64,000 nucleotides of DNA from Eledone cirrhosa (GCA_964016885.1 OZ024748.1:23374001-23438000), one strand, 5' to 3'. Numbered from the stretch's first letter, positions 41,755 to 56,201 are shown. The notes: generated by a model not told the origin, from the sequence alone. Program-made: numbers and translations.

Positions 41755-42078
41755 CACACACTTCTTTATATACATATAAATAGTTGATACACATACACAC
41801 ACTTCTTTATATACATATAAATAGTTGATACACATACACACACTTCTTTATATACATATAAATAGTTGATACACATACACACACTTCTTTATATACATAT
41901 AAATAGTTGATACACATACACACACTTCTTTATATACATATAAATAGCTGATACACATACACACACTTCTTTATATACATATAAATAGCTGATACACATA
42001 CACACACTTCTTTATATACATATAAATAGCTGATATACATACACAAACTTCTTCATACACATATAAATAGCTGATACA
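41755..42078. repeat. 41-bp tandem repeat, about 8 copies
   Basis: cttctttatatacatataaatagYtgatacacatacacaca. Confidence 0.95.
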
Positions 42079-42452
42079 TCAAATTGCGGGATGGTCATTG
42101 AAAAAGCGACAGCTGTGTAGTGGTTAGAATTGAAGAAACCAATATATTGATTAATTATTTAATTCATTCATTAATTACTAATAGACAGATAACTACAGCG
42201 CGCGCGCTCGCGCGCGCGTGTGTGTGTGTGTGTGTGTGTGTGCGTGTGGCATTTTGTTGGCGGAATAATCCAACACTCTCGGTTTAAAATAATATCTTCT
42301 CTTGCAACACACGGTTCATCATCAAGGATAACATATGTGCATTGCGTTTGTGGGTGTCGGTGTCTGAATCAGGTAATACATACATACATGCATGAATGCA
42401 TGCATACATACATACACGCACATATACACACACATACATATACATACATACA

Positions 42453-42510
<58 letters not shown>

Positions 42511-42542
42511 CACATACATAAATACATTCTCATATATATATA

Positions 42543-42902
42543 TTTTACAAAATGAAAAATAACCGAGGTGTCCTACACGAGTGGAAGTATAAAAAAAAAG
42601 GGATGAAATCGAAAATGCAACTGAAGTCTTATTTTTTTTTTTTAAATATATATATTTATTTGGTTCCTTTACCGGTTTCGCAGTTCTTCTGCTTTTCAAA
42701 AGGTGAGTTGAGATGGAGGGTCTGTGGTTTTTCTCACATCTCACATCAGATGTGAGAAAAACCACAGACCCTCCATCTCAACTCACCTTTTGAAAAGCAG
42801 AAGAACTGCGAAACCGGTAAAGGAACCAAATAAATATATATATTTAAAAAAAAAAAATAAGACTTCAGTTGCATTTTCGATTTCATCCCTTTTTCTTTAT
42901 AT
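42543..42902. mobile_element. Fold-back element with back-to-back U3-A8 variant hammerheads (42666-42703 -, 42786-42823 +)
   Basis: About 150-bp near-perfect arms; cctt-TTGAAAA-gcag[aagaa]ctgc-GAAA-ccgg-TA-aagg; (TA)n flanks. Confidence 0.8.
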
Positions 42903-42940
42903 ATATATATATATATACACACACACATATACATGCATAC

Positions 42941-42982
<42 letters not shown>

Positions 42983-43030
42983 ATCCTTATCGAGCCCTAT
43001 TTGGATTTTAGTCTTCAAATTTATTATTAT

Positions 43031-43059
<29 letters not shown>

Positions 43060-43063
<4 letters not shown>

Positions 43064-43697
43064 AATATATTACACAAAGAGAAGTGTGTTACACAGTGAG
43101 ATGTGTGTAAAGAATTATTACAAGTGAGTTTTAATTCCGACCCTCGCATATTTAACGAACTTCAAATTGTTGAGCTAATAAATTCGTATGCTTGGGCTGC
43201 ACTCTCTAGCATTTACCCCAATCCATGAGAGCCATTATTTGATGCAAATAACACGTGATTTCGCCCTACCCTGGGCAGCGCGTATATTAGCTTTCTCTCT
43301 ATCCATGACGTTAGATGTGTCGTAAACAGAATCCACATTTGCTGACTGATGAACCTGTGAGCTGTTAAACTACACATTTCTGTGGGGGAAACGAACTAGA
43401 TTCGTATCAGCAAACTTATAGTTATAAGGTTGGTAATTGAAAACTCTACTTCAGAGATTTGATTCTGACTTAGGTTTTCTTCTATTTAATTGCTAAACCT
43501 GTAGATATTGTTTTCTATACAATAACGGTAAAGCTCACTTGTAATAATTCTTTACACACATCTCACTGTGTAACACACTTCTCTTTGTGTAATATATTTG
43601 TATCTGAGCTCAGAAGAAAATTCTCTATTCTTCTTTGAGCTAATATTATTATTATTACTGTGAACTGCGGAATACTCTTAATTCCGACCCTCGTATA

Positions 43698-43700
<3 letters not shown>
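43060..43700 (+). mobile_element. (TA)n-flanked element: inverted 69-bp piece plus about 547-bp monomer with terminal direct repeat, containing a hammerhead
   Basis: 43060-43128 is the reverse complement of 43534-43602; ttaattccgaccctcg at 43131 and 43678. Confidence 0.75.
43338..43414 (+). ncRNA. Type-I hammerhead ribozyme with full helix III
   Basis: tttgctga-CTGATGA-(35-nt G-U-rich helix II)-GAAA-cgaa[ctaga]ttcg-TA-tcagcaaa; 8-bp perfect helix I. Confidence 0.82.
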
Positions 43701-43781
<81 letters not shown>

Positions 43782-43991
43782 ATTTATATATATATTTTCA
43801 AATTTAAATGATATATGTTGAGCGAGAAAGAGTCATATTTCATTTGAGAAACATATAGTATTTTATATATATATATATACATTTACATATAGAGTAAATA
43901 ATACTCAGGAAAATATATATACATTAGGGTGGTAAAAAGTCATTTCTAGATTTACAACGCTGTTTCATAGATACAAAATCATTATTAATTT

Positions 43992-44180
43992 GGTGGATTG
44001 GCAGTATCGGTAGAGGGTCGGACGCCATGCTTTGAAGCATAGAGTTACCTCCCTTTATGATCTGAGTTCAAATCCCGCCGAGGTTAACTTTGCCTTTCAT
44101 CCTTACGGGGTCGATAAAATAAAGTACCAGTAATGCACTGTGATAATTGCTGGCCTTGTGCCAAAAGTAGAAACAATTAT
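43992..44180 (+). mobile_element. tRNA-derived SINE family A, full length
   Basis: A-box-like TGGCAGTATCGG and B-box GAGTTCAAATCC; at least 8 copies or fragments in this window. Confidence 0.85.
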
Positions 44181-44828
44181 TAATTTGTTTGCTTCAACGT
44201 CCATTGCTGTTTATATTTGTACTGGCTGTTAAACATTTTTTGACATCATTTGGAGTAGAAATTTAAAACAAATTCTCTGTTCTCGACAGATATAAAGGTA
44301 TTTTGTACAGTGTGGGATTTATATTAAGACAATCCTTCTGATGGTGCCTTATCAAAATCGATAGTTGGTAATCGATAATTGATTACTTAGATCGATGGTT
44401 TTGCTTCGTTATTTTTCATCTATGAAACATCACCATAGGAGAGAAATAACTATTTTATCACCTTAATGTATGTATATTTTCCTGAATAGTATTGACTTTA
44501 CGTAAATGTGTGTACAAAATACTATATGTTTCTCGAACGATATTTGACTCTTTCTCTCTCTTCATATATCTTTTTGAATTTGAATAATTGTTGCTTTGAA
44601 CCAAGGTCCTTTGAGCTTATTTTTTGAGAAACATGATCTTCATACATAACAAATATGTATTGATACCATAGCATATATATATATATAACAAATATATTTA
44701 TCGCTCTACATGGCTGAATACAATAAATGTAAATCTGAGTTTTTCAAATATTAATAATTGTTTCTACATTTGGCACAAGGCCAGCAATTATCCCAGTGTA
44801 TTACTGGTGCTTTATTATATCGACCCCG

Positions 44829-45212
44829 ATATTCGATTCGTTTGCAATTATGCTAACAGCCTCTTTAAGCCATGTCAGTAGAATGACAGCGCAATTCTTG
44901 CTATTGTCTGGCTGATCAGTGAGTCTGCTAATATGCAGATCTGACTGATCAGGAAGTCTGCTAATATGCAAATCAGGCCGATCAGTCAGTGTATATTCCA
45001 GAAAATATCATATATTTTCACTAGCTCTGACAGTTGGCAGATAAGCAGTATACTGTACTAATGAAGGGTAATCAGCCAGAAACATTAGTGTTTGCCGTTC
45101 TGTTTATATGCCAACACAAGAGCAAGAATAACGGGGTCATTCTACTGACATGGTTTAAAGAGTCTGTTAGCATAATTACAAACGAATCGAATATTATCAT
45201 TAATATTCGAAA
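44829..45212. mobile_element. Fold-back element related to 31975-32145
   Basis: atattcgattcgtttgcaattatgctaacag...gtagaatgac versus its reverse complement at 45136-45195; decayed hammerhead CTAATGA...GAAA. Confidence 0.6.
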
Positions 45213-45219
45213 AACTCAG

Positions 45220-45327
<108 letters not shown>

Positions 45328-45329
45328 AA

Positions 45330-45380
<51 letters not shown>

Positions 45381-46061
45381 TTAAAATATAAAATATATAT
45401 ATATATATAAACAATGACTTATTTGGTTTGGTGATTATTCAACAAAGTTTGCGTTTATTTGTTATATGTAAAGTGTTTATATTTATCTAAAAACCTTTCG
45501 TCATAATTTTATGTAAGAACCTTTGTTAAGTTATGCTCCAAATACTAGCTTAGTATTAAGAAACTTAACTATAAGGGTATTAGTAAATCCTTCTAAATTT
45601 ATGATTATTTTCAACATTATTTGAACATGTTACGCAGTCTCTTTTGTTGGAAGTATGATATCCAAATGGTTGATGCTGAAGATATGGCGTGAACGATTCT
45701 AGAGACGTCGAAGGAATGTTAAAAAGTGATTATTAATTTAAAAGAAAATATAAAATGGGATGAATCTCCGTCAATTTCGACGATGAGTGCTCGTTGATCA
45801 ATCCACGGAAGAGCGTGCTCGTGAAGTTAACGTGTAAGTGGCTGGGCATTTATTTCAGAGAAATAAAGAATAAATGATATAACACAAATCTCGGTAGCAC
45901 AGTGGTGCTCTGTTTATCGAACTTGAAAGGATAGAAGGCAAAACTGACCTCAGATTTGAAATCACAGTTCGAGATTTGAGGGCACTGAACCGGAAAAAAA
46001 CGGTGTATTGGCAGTATCGCTAGAAGATCGGACGCCATGCTTTACAGCATAGAGTTACCAC

Positions 46062-47878
46062 AAGTGGCGTAACTAGGGATTTTGCGCTCGGGGGCAAGCT
46101 CGAACATTGCCCCCTCCCCCAGTTATTTAAATGACACGAAAAAACATGAATATATGATCAAAATTACTTTTATAAAATTAATATGGAAAAAAGAGTAACA
46201 AAATATTTACAAAGGGATTTTTCTAGCTTTAGTTGATGCAAATTGATCGATTATTTCATCAAAATTGGTTGCGTTTGTTTCTTCGCTATCTATGCTGAGG
46301 ATGGCAAGATTGCGCAGACGGCTTTGAGACATTGATGTCCGCAAATATGATAAGATGAGGTTGAGCTTGCTGAAGGATCTCTCACAGCTTGCGACGGAAA
46401 CGGCCATTGTTAGCAGTATCTGTAGACCGATGCGCAAATTCGGAAATACACTGTTGTCTCCGTATTGAACAATAAAATCCAGGAGGTGTTCTGGTCTTGA
46501 GACTGAAACATTAGCGCGGGTTGACAACAACGCCGGACAGTCAACGATTTCTTCAAAAAGCTCCTTGCCGTCAATGTCAGCATTATAGTGATCAGCTAAT
46601 GAAGAGCACTTTGATGGAAGCGCGAGGTCGTCTTGAAAAGGTGGATAGCACAGAGAGCGGACATCGAGGAGGAAGCCAAACCTCGCGTCAATATCGTTGA
46701 GGCGGGCGAATCGTAGCTGCATTTCTGATTGAATTCGAAGGAGAAGAGTTTGCATGACTGTTTTTACTTCACTGGCTGGTGACAGTAATTCATCTTCAGA
46801 ATTATCTGCAAGCTGCCGTCTTGGCCTTCCGCTACGTGTGCTGATGTCAATGTCCCAGCGTTGACTTAACTCAATGCATTTATTAAGTGATTGCTGGGCA
46901 ATAGTGCTTCCATTATCCGCGAAATACTGCTGGAGGGCTTTGGGCATCCCGGAAGTTCATTGTTGGATCTTGAAGGCGTTTCTGAACCCGATCGATTCGA
47001 GCCAGAATCCTATTCCAAAATCCAAGCAACACGAAGAAGAGGAAGACAAGCTTTTGGCTTAAAAGATGTTCTGCATCACTTCGTGTGTCGGATCTCTCCT
47101 CATTATCCTCTACCAACTTTTGCAGAAGCTCGAGGATTTCATTCAGAAAGTTTGCAAGATGCTTTACAGCATCTGCTCTTGCGCTCCATCTGGTGTCCGA
47201 TAGAGATTTCAGAAAGAAAGGGATTGCTTGCTTTAACTTTTCCCAACGCCGTGTTGATCGTGAAAAGAACGCAACGAGGTTAAGTGAATGGTTGTCACAG
47301 ATAACAAATATCGCCTTTTCGTTCAAATTCGTTATGCGTTGTTGAATCCCACTGGTGTGTCCAGCCATAACCGCAGCGTTGTCGTAACATTGTGCCTTGC
47401 AATCACTCAGCGCAAGGCCATCATCTTTAAATTCTTTCATAATAAGCTCTACAATACTGGCTGCATCTTTTTCTTCCAGTAGGGTGAGCCCCAGAAACGA
47501 CTCTCGGATGTGAACGGTCCTTTTGACGAAATCAACATCGTCATACCTCACCACTCGTGACAGCTGGTCTCGATGAGCTTGATCAGGAGATGAGTCCACC
47601 ATCAGCGCATAATGACGAGCAATTTTTACGCGTCGAAGAACATTCTTCTTGACGTTGAGAGCAAGTAGATGAAGAAATTCTTTAGAAAAGCTAAGTTATA
47701 GAGCACAAACAATTGATGGGCTAATGTATTGAGCAACGGGAAACATAAGTTTTTGTTCATGCACAGTAAAAAAGAAAATAATTTAAGTCAACAATCTTGG
47801 TCAATTTTGCGCCCCCCCCCCTCAAAACGGCGCCCGGGGGCACGTGCCCCCTTTGCCCCCCCCCTAGTTACGCCACTG
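46062..47878 (-). mobile_element. Internally deleted hAT DNA transposon nested in a family-A SINE
   Basis: TIR (c/a)agtggcgtaactaggg at both ends; 8-bp TSD gttaccac / gctaccac; SINE halves at about 46003-46061 and 47879-47980. Confidence 0.92.
46207..47680 (-). pseudogene. hAT transposase (ZMYM1/Tip100-like), N-terminally deleted, one frameshift
   Basis: MVDSSPD, QCYDNAAVMAG, CDNHSLNL, LSDTRWSAR, and the hAT dimerisation motif FPNL...VSVASCERSFSKL. Confidence 0.9.
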
Positions 47879-48409
47879 GCTACCACCCTGAGTTCAAACC
47901 CCACCGAGGTTAACTTTGGCTTCCATCCTTACGGGGTCGATAAAAATAATACACTGGCATAATTGCTGGCCTTGTGCCATAATGACTTTAGCAATTCAGT
48001 GCCTTGACACCCATCACTTTTCTAAAAAACTCCAGAATGTTTCATCCGAGATATCACCAACCAACATTTTAGCTTGTCCAACTCGAAATCGCTTTAAGTT
48101 ACAAATAAGTATTTAAAAAAACAGATAAACAAAAAAACAATCCATTCCTGAAAGATATTTGCATTCATCATGATTCTTTTCAGTAATATATTAGATAGTA
48201 AAATTCTCTTCTTCAAGATAATTGTAAATGTCATGATCTCCTTAAGAATGTATCAATATAAACATGAAGCAAGCAGCCTTTAACTGAATTCTACAAAATA
48301 TAACCACGATTTAAATATTAGTAACCATAACAACTGGTTTTGCTTTAACACTTTTTAACGTTTCTCGTTCTCTGCAGTTCTTTCTCTTGTAATTTATCTT
48401 TCACCCGAT

Positions 48410-48465
<56 letters not shown>

Positions 48466-48637
48466 CCCTCTCTCTCTCTCTCTCTCTCTCTCCCTCTCTC
48501 TCTCTCCGCCTATCTCTCTCACAAAAAAATCAATCTGTTAACGTAGAAGTAAATATTTCAAAAAACGTTGCAATATCTGATATATATTTATCCTTATCGA
48601 GCGCTCTTTGGATTTTAGTCTTCAAATTTATTATTAT

Positions 48638-48664
<27 letters not shown>

Positions 48665-48671
<7 letters not shown>

Positions 48672-48975
48672 AAAAAGGGATGAAATCGAAAATGCAACTG
48701 AAGTCTTATTTTTTTAAAAAATATATATATATTTATTTGGTTCCTTTACCGGTTTCGCAGTTCTTCTGCTTTTCAAAAGGTGAGTTGAGATGGAGGGTCT
48801 GTGGTTTTTCTGACATCTTTGAAAAGCAGAAGAACTGCGAAACCGGTAAAGGAACCAAATAAATATATATATATTTAAAAAAAAAATAAGACTTCAGTTG
48901 CATTTTCGATTTCATCCCTTTTTCTTTATACTTCCACTCGTGTAGGACACCTCGGTTATTTTTCATTTTGTAAAA
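48665..48975. mobile_element. Second fold-back copy of the U3-A8 hammerhead family (48743-48780 -, 48819-48852 + lacking the 5' strand of helix I)
   Basis: Same sequence as 42543-42902 but with a different inversion breakpoint. Confidence 0.8.
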
Positions 48976-48985
48976 AAAACCTCAC

Positions 48986-49035
<50 letters not shown>

Positions 49036-49037
<2 letters not shown>

Positions 49038-49535
49038 TAAATATCTTTAAGTCGTTTGGAAGCCTCGACAATGCAAATGGGTAAATCTCCGGGTAACAAG
49101 ATCCGGTGGTGGAGAGAGATGTAAGTGGGTGTACGTTGAGATGCGTGGCGTGTATAAGACGTGTAGAGGAATGAAGCAAAGAGCGTAAAGGATAAAAATA
49201 AAAATAACAACACGAGAGAGAGTTACCTTGGGAGAGATTTAATGGTCCCTATATATTTCGGATTCACATCCATCAACTGGGGTTTTTTTCCGGGGTGGGG
49301 GAAAGGTTGTCTGTCGGAACGGGACAATTAAATCTCTCCCAAGGTAACTCTCTCTCGTGTTGTTATTTTAATTTTATCCTTCATACTTTTTCCTTCATTC
49401 CTCTACACGTCTTATACACGCCACGCATCTCAACGTACACCCACTTACATCTCTCTCTCCACCACCGGATCTTGTTACCCGGAGATTTACCCATCTGCAT
49501 TGTCGAGGCTTCCAAATGACTTAAAGATATTTACC
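49036..49535. mobile_element. Fold-back element, about 212-bp imperfect arms and 70-bp loop
   Basis: ggtaaatatctttaagtc... / ...gacttaaagatatttacc; (TA)n nearby on both sides. Confidence 0.8.
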
Positions 49536-49571
49536 TATTATTCCACAATGCTTCAAGCAAACTTCAATACT

Positions 49572-49649
<78 letters not shown>

Positions 49650-49902
49650 TATGTTGTCATATTTGGGGAAGGTCATAGTGTTATAAGATTGTTTCTACTT
49701 TTGGCACAAGGCCAGCATATTGTTATAATATGCTGGCCTTGTGTCAAAATGACAACATATGTATATATATATACATATATATATATTATTGTTATAATAT
49801 ATATATTATTATATATTATATTATATTTAGAGTTATAAACTCAAACAGTCCTTTACAATTAATTAGCTCAAAGAAAGAAGCATTTTTGAGCCGTGAAATA
49901 CA

Positions 49903-50184
49903 AGAAGTTAGCTAGAATGAAATAAACTAATTCAAATAAATATAGTTTGCTTGTCTCGATTTAAAATAATAAATCAATAAAAACAAACCCGTATCGTTGC
50001 GAAACTTATTTGAATTTTGAAATTCGGATTTATCTGCGGAACAGGTTTGGATTTTGAAATTTAAATTTGTCCAGGTACCACGGCTATTTGCCAATATGGG
50101 TTTGTTTTTATTGATTTATTATTTTAAATCGAGACAGGCAAACTATATTTATTTGAATTAGTTTATTTCATTCTAGCTAACTTC
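49903..50184. repeat. Inverted repeat, about 90-bp arms
   Basis: gaagttagctagaatgaaataaac... / ...gtttatttcattctagctaacttc. Confidence 0.8.
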
Positions 50185-50442
50185 GTCTTTTACAATACAA
50201 ACACTTTTGTGTTTATCATATATTAATTTATATTAACTTGTATTATTATATATATATATTGTTATATATATATATTATTGTTATAATATTGCCAGAAATA
50301 ATAAAGCACACTCACTGTTTGGTTTGGATTGGTTTTCACTTCTGTATATTTTATATCTCCATAGTTAATTTATCTGGCAATCAATGTTTATCATTGATTG
50401 ACCAACGGTTAAAAATATAGGTATATATACACACACACACAC

Positions 50443-50511
<69 letters not shown>

Positions 50512-50572
50512 CACACACACACACACACATATATATACACACACACACACACATATATACACACACACACAC

Positions 50573-50669
<97 letters not shown>

Positions 50670-50742
50670 GTCTATCAAAGTCTTTCATCACACACCTGTG
50701 ACATCATTAATGGTACTATTATGTTTCCTCCCGTTGTATTGT

Positions 50743-50781
<39 letters not shown>

Positions 50782-50782
50782 G

Positions 50783-50891
<109 letters not shown>

Positions 50892-50894
50892 ATA

Positions 50895-50971
<77 letters not shown>

Positions 50972-50974
50972 TTA

Positions 50975-51053
<79 letters not shown>

Positions 51054-51059
51054 CCGTAA

Positions 51060-52194
<1,135 letters not shown>

Positions 52195-52341
52195 AAACGA
52201 AACATTCTTGTAAAAACGAAAAATTCTTTATAACAAGATCGACCGAAATAAATTGAACGTTTGTTATTACCCCAGAGACTGAAATAAATTTCGTTATACT
52301 GAAAAATGTGTTATAATGCTATTTGTTATACCGGAATGTTA

Positions 52342-52420
<79 letters not shown>

Positions 52421-52610
52421 TTAGATTTGTTGGTTCACCACTGGATAGAACTGGTCATTCCGTATGGTCAACCTCGATGTAATATTATGGAGAGCGCTCA
52501 ACGTAATGCAACTCACCCGTCTTCGTTTGTGTAGTTGGTGGTGCGAGTACAGAGTTAATTATTATAATATAACAGGAAGCAGGACTGGTGTAATTCCTTA
52601 AAAGGTTTAT

Positions 52611-52669
52611 TATACTATGATCATTTCAATGACCGGGTTCAGTATGAATCCCGTGACATCATCAGGTAT
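52611..52669 (-). ncRNA. Hammerhead motif with 6-nt palindromic helix III (TGATCA)
   Basis: Minus strand: atac-CTGATGA-tgtcacgggattca[tac]tgaacccggtcatt-GAAA-tgatca-TA-gtat; base of helix II weak. Confidence 0.65.
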
Positions 52670-53629
52670 TCGAAATATAACAAAGGAATATAATAGACAA
52701 AATCCATGGGGCTGAAAATCAGAGAATTGAGGGTGACCGAACATTTAACAGCTTCTATCTCCGCCGGCAACACTCAAGTGGTAATTATTAAGCCTAATTA
52801 TGTCCATCTGGTGAAGGGGCGTAGGCTTATAGTATACTACTACCACCACGTCAAAGACAGAACCAGCGTTGGGGTCAGGTCACAATCAAGCTGGTCATGA
52901 GTGCTAGAAAGTGCTGCGAAAAATATCAAAGAACATATATCTTAACAAATCTATATATAGTAATATATAGTGGGCGTCTGCATGGTATGGACAGAAATTA
53001 CGATTAACAATTAGAAACGTTAAATTTATGTTTAGAGTTAGAAGAAGCCATTTAAGATGAAATTAGAAAAATAAGGTTTAGGTTTGAAGTTGTGAGATTT
53101 AGTTAAAGAGTTTACAGAAGGAGGCTGTTATGAAAAAGTTTAAGTGTGTTATAGATAGTCACGATAAAGTTTCAGGGTAGAATATAGAGTAAAGATTAAG
53201 CCCATGCTTAGCGGTCAATAACCAGCGACGTTACGGACCCCCGGCCAGCCCGGGGCCCAACGGCGTGTCAGCTGTTCTGAGTATTATCGTCTATCGAAAG
53301 AAATGGAAATTTATTTTTCCGAGCACTCCAGGAATGTTAACTGTCTAAAGCGTCGGGTGTGTTAGCGGAAAGTCCGCCACCGTCCGCTGGCCATCGTATA
53401 TACCAAATGATTACTAGTTATTTACACTGGTGGGGGATTTAGTTAAGTGGTAGTAGAAGGAGGCAAGATAAAGTTAAAAATTATGATTAAGCCTAGAATT
53501 TAAAGGTACTGTTTGGCGGTCAATAACCGGTGTCGCGGCGGGTTCCACGCCCGGCAGGGCCCCAGGGCGAAGCAGCTGTTCCGAGTATTTTCGTTTACCG
53601 AAAGAAGGGGAAATTTATTTTTCCAAGCA

Positions 53630-53665
<36 letters not shown>

Positions 53666-54577
53666 GTGATGCTGAAAAGTTCCTGGCTTTAAGGGTATCG
53701 TGAAAAGGTAGAGATGCTACCTTTACAGGAGAGGTAGTAGCGTTGTAATGCGTGTGTAAATCTGACAGGGGAATATGTTGAATAATTATTTCATTACCGG
53801 AGGTTTCAAGAAACTAGAATGATTCTTTCAAGGAACATCCAGTTGGTTGGTCAGACAAACTACTTTTATGTTCCTTGCAAGAATCATTTCTTGAAACCTT
53901 CGGTAATGAAAGAATTATAGTGTGTTGTTTATTATGTAATTAAATAGCTCTGTACAATACATGGAGCACTCTTTTTCCTTTACCTTTTCTACGGAAATAC
54001 TTAACACACACACACACTCTCACATACACACATATAAAAAATTATATATATGTATGTAAATATGAGAATAAACGTGCTGCGTGGTTGCCAATGGGTTACA
54101 TATGAATAAAGTTAGTCCTTCATCAGTGATCTTCCAACCATCATTGGTATTTCATCGCTTTAAAGACCATATACCTCAGGTTGGTGCGAGCAACGGCTAA
54201 AAAAAGTCGTTTGGACACGTAAATAAAGGGGACACGAGAGTGTAAACAAACAAAGATGGTGAAACAACGAAAAGTGAGGAAGAAGGAGTCAAGTCCAAAA
54301 TTTCCATGAATATAAGTTCGGTGAAATCGTGAACGAGAGAGAATAAAGACCATCAAACCTGGTTGGAATGTGAGCAAGGAAGGAATTCCGTACAGGTCTA
54401 ACAGGAGGAAGAAGGAATCTAGTCTGTGAATTCGGTAAACATAAGTTCTGTGAAATCGTAGACGAGAGAAAGAAAAAAAAGGAAACCTGCCTTACCAAGG
54501 GTACGAAAGAAAAGAATTACGCACAGGCCAAACGGGAAGAAGGAGGAGGAGGAGAGGTAGTAACAGAGAGTGTGTGA

Positions 54578-54636
<59 letters not shown>

Positions 54637-55016
54637 CATACTATACATGTGTATACTAGACACATATATATGTGTATGTATGTGAGAGCGAGTTTACGTA
54701 TGTTATTAAAAATATTTCCTACAACACAAGAATATATTTTTATTTGCAGAATGGTAGAAAACAGGTCAATAAAGGAATAACTGATAACAATATAGATTAA
54801 TGTATTGTTATTTAGTCTAACAGAAAGTAACACAGTAGTATGTTGTGATATATATTTATTTCAATATAATAATAGCCTGCAGTTGATTTTTCAATTCACT
54901 TAGATGAGATAACAGTATAGTCAATTAAACAAACAAATATATATATTTATATGTTAGGTAATTCCGAAGGAAAAGCAAAGGAAAAAAGAGTGCTCTATGT
55001 ATAGAACAGAGCTATT

Positions 55017-55184
55017 TAATTAGAAAGTGAACAACACAAAATATAACTACTCCATTACCAAAGGTTTCTGGTTCAGAGACGATAATAATATACGTCTGGA
55101 TCGTTCGTCAGACATCTCTGTCTGTGATCCAGAAACCTTTGGTAATGGAGTAGTTATATTTTGTGTTGTTCACTTTCTAATTAA
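55017..55184. repeat. Inverted repeat (about 64-bp arms), related to the hairpin at 53789-53911
   Basis: ccattaccaaaggtttctgg / ccagaaacctttggtaatgg; 54950-55300 also shares blocks in reverse with 53930-54170. Confidence 0.7.
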
Positions 55185-55304
55185 ATATATATATATATAT
55201 TTAATGCGATGAAATACCAATGATGGTTGGCAAATCACTGATGAGGGACTAATTTTATAATATGTAATCCATGTGCAACCATGCAGTATTCTTCTCCCCA
55301 TGTT

Positions 55305-55349
<45 letters not shown>

Positions 55350-55350
<1 letters not shown>

Positions 55351-55505
55351 GTTATTCCGGGTTGAATCGGAGGTAACCACAGTAAGTAAGGTACTCAATA
55401 CATAGCAGAGTATAAAAGTTTTAATATAGATGAGATTCTACAGGACTAGAACTGTTTCATTCTTTAGAAATCATCAGTCCTGTAGAATCTCATCTATATT
55501 AAAAA
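55350..55505 (-). mobile_element. Second copy of the 41070-41255 hammerhead-bearing element
   Basis: Reverse complement of 41124-41250 plus a short inverted piece; (TA)n flanks. Confidence 0.75.
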
Positions 55506-55995
55506 GAAAAATATATATATATATATATATACACGTATTTTAGTATGACTGTTTAAAATACCATACCACTTCGTAAACTAAATGAGCACTCAATACATGT
55601 ATGTAGAGTATAAATTTCCATCGCTGACTACGTATATATCTATTTTTTTCTTCAAACTTACATTTTAGACATTTTTTTCTTCAAACTTACATTTTAGACT
55701 TAGCTCCGTTTAATTGATTATTTGTCTAGTTAATTTCTACGGACTAAGAGGAAAGACTAGGTAAATGTTATCTGATTGTTCCTCACAGAGGAATATCGGT
55801 AACATTTATCTGTTATTTCTTCAAAGTTACATTTAAAAGTTAGCTCCGTTTAAATGATTATTTATCTGGTTGATTTCTACGGACTAAGGAGGAAAAGAAT
55901 TGGATATATTTTGTCTGACTGTTATTCAAACTTATAATTTCATATATATATATTTGTATGTGTGTGTGTATGTATGTGTGTTTGTTTGTTTGTGA

Positions 55996-56056
<61 letters not shown>

Positions 56057-56165
56057 TGTGTGTATATAATGGAGGATGTGGCAATGAAAGTAACCGGAAG
56101 TGAAGAGTCAGGAAATATGAGGTAGCAGTAATGTGTGTGTGTGTGGGGGGGGGGGGGGGGGGTAA

Positions 56166-56201
<36 letters not shown>

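Noticed and set aside
49246-49283. Hammerhead-like ccc-cagttgat-ggat[gtga]atcc-GAAA-tata-TA-ggg on the minus strand
   Set aside because: Helices fit but the core deviates at several conserved positions; possible decayed motif, not called
53660-53705. Mariner-like TIR fragment (also 14234-14293 and 30904-30930)
   Set aside because: No matching partner end or transposase seen; too short to support
54110-54160. CTGATGA with nearby GAAA (also 55205-55250)
   Set aside because: Order and pairing do not produce a valid hammerhead of any type
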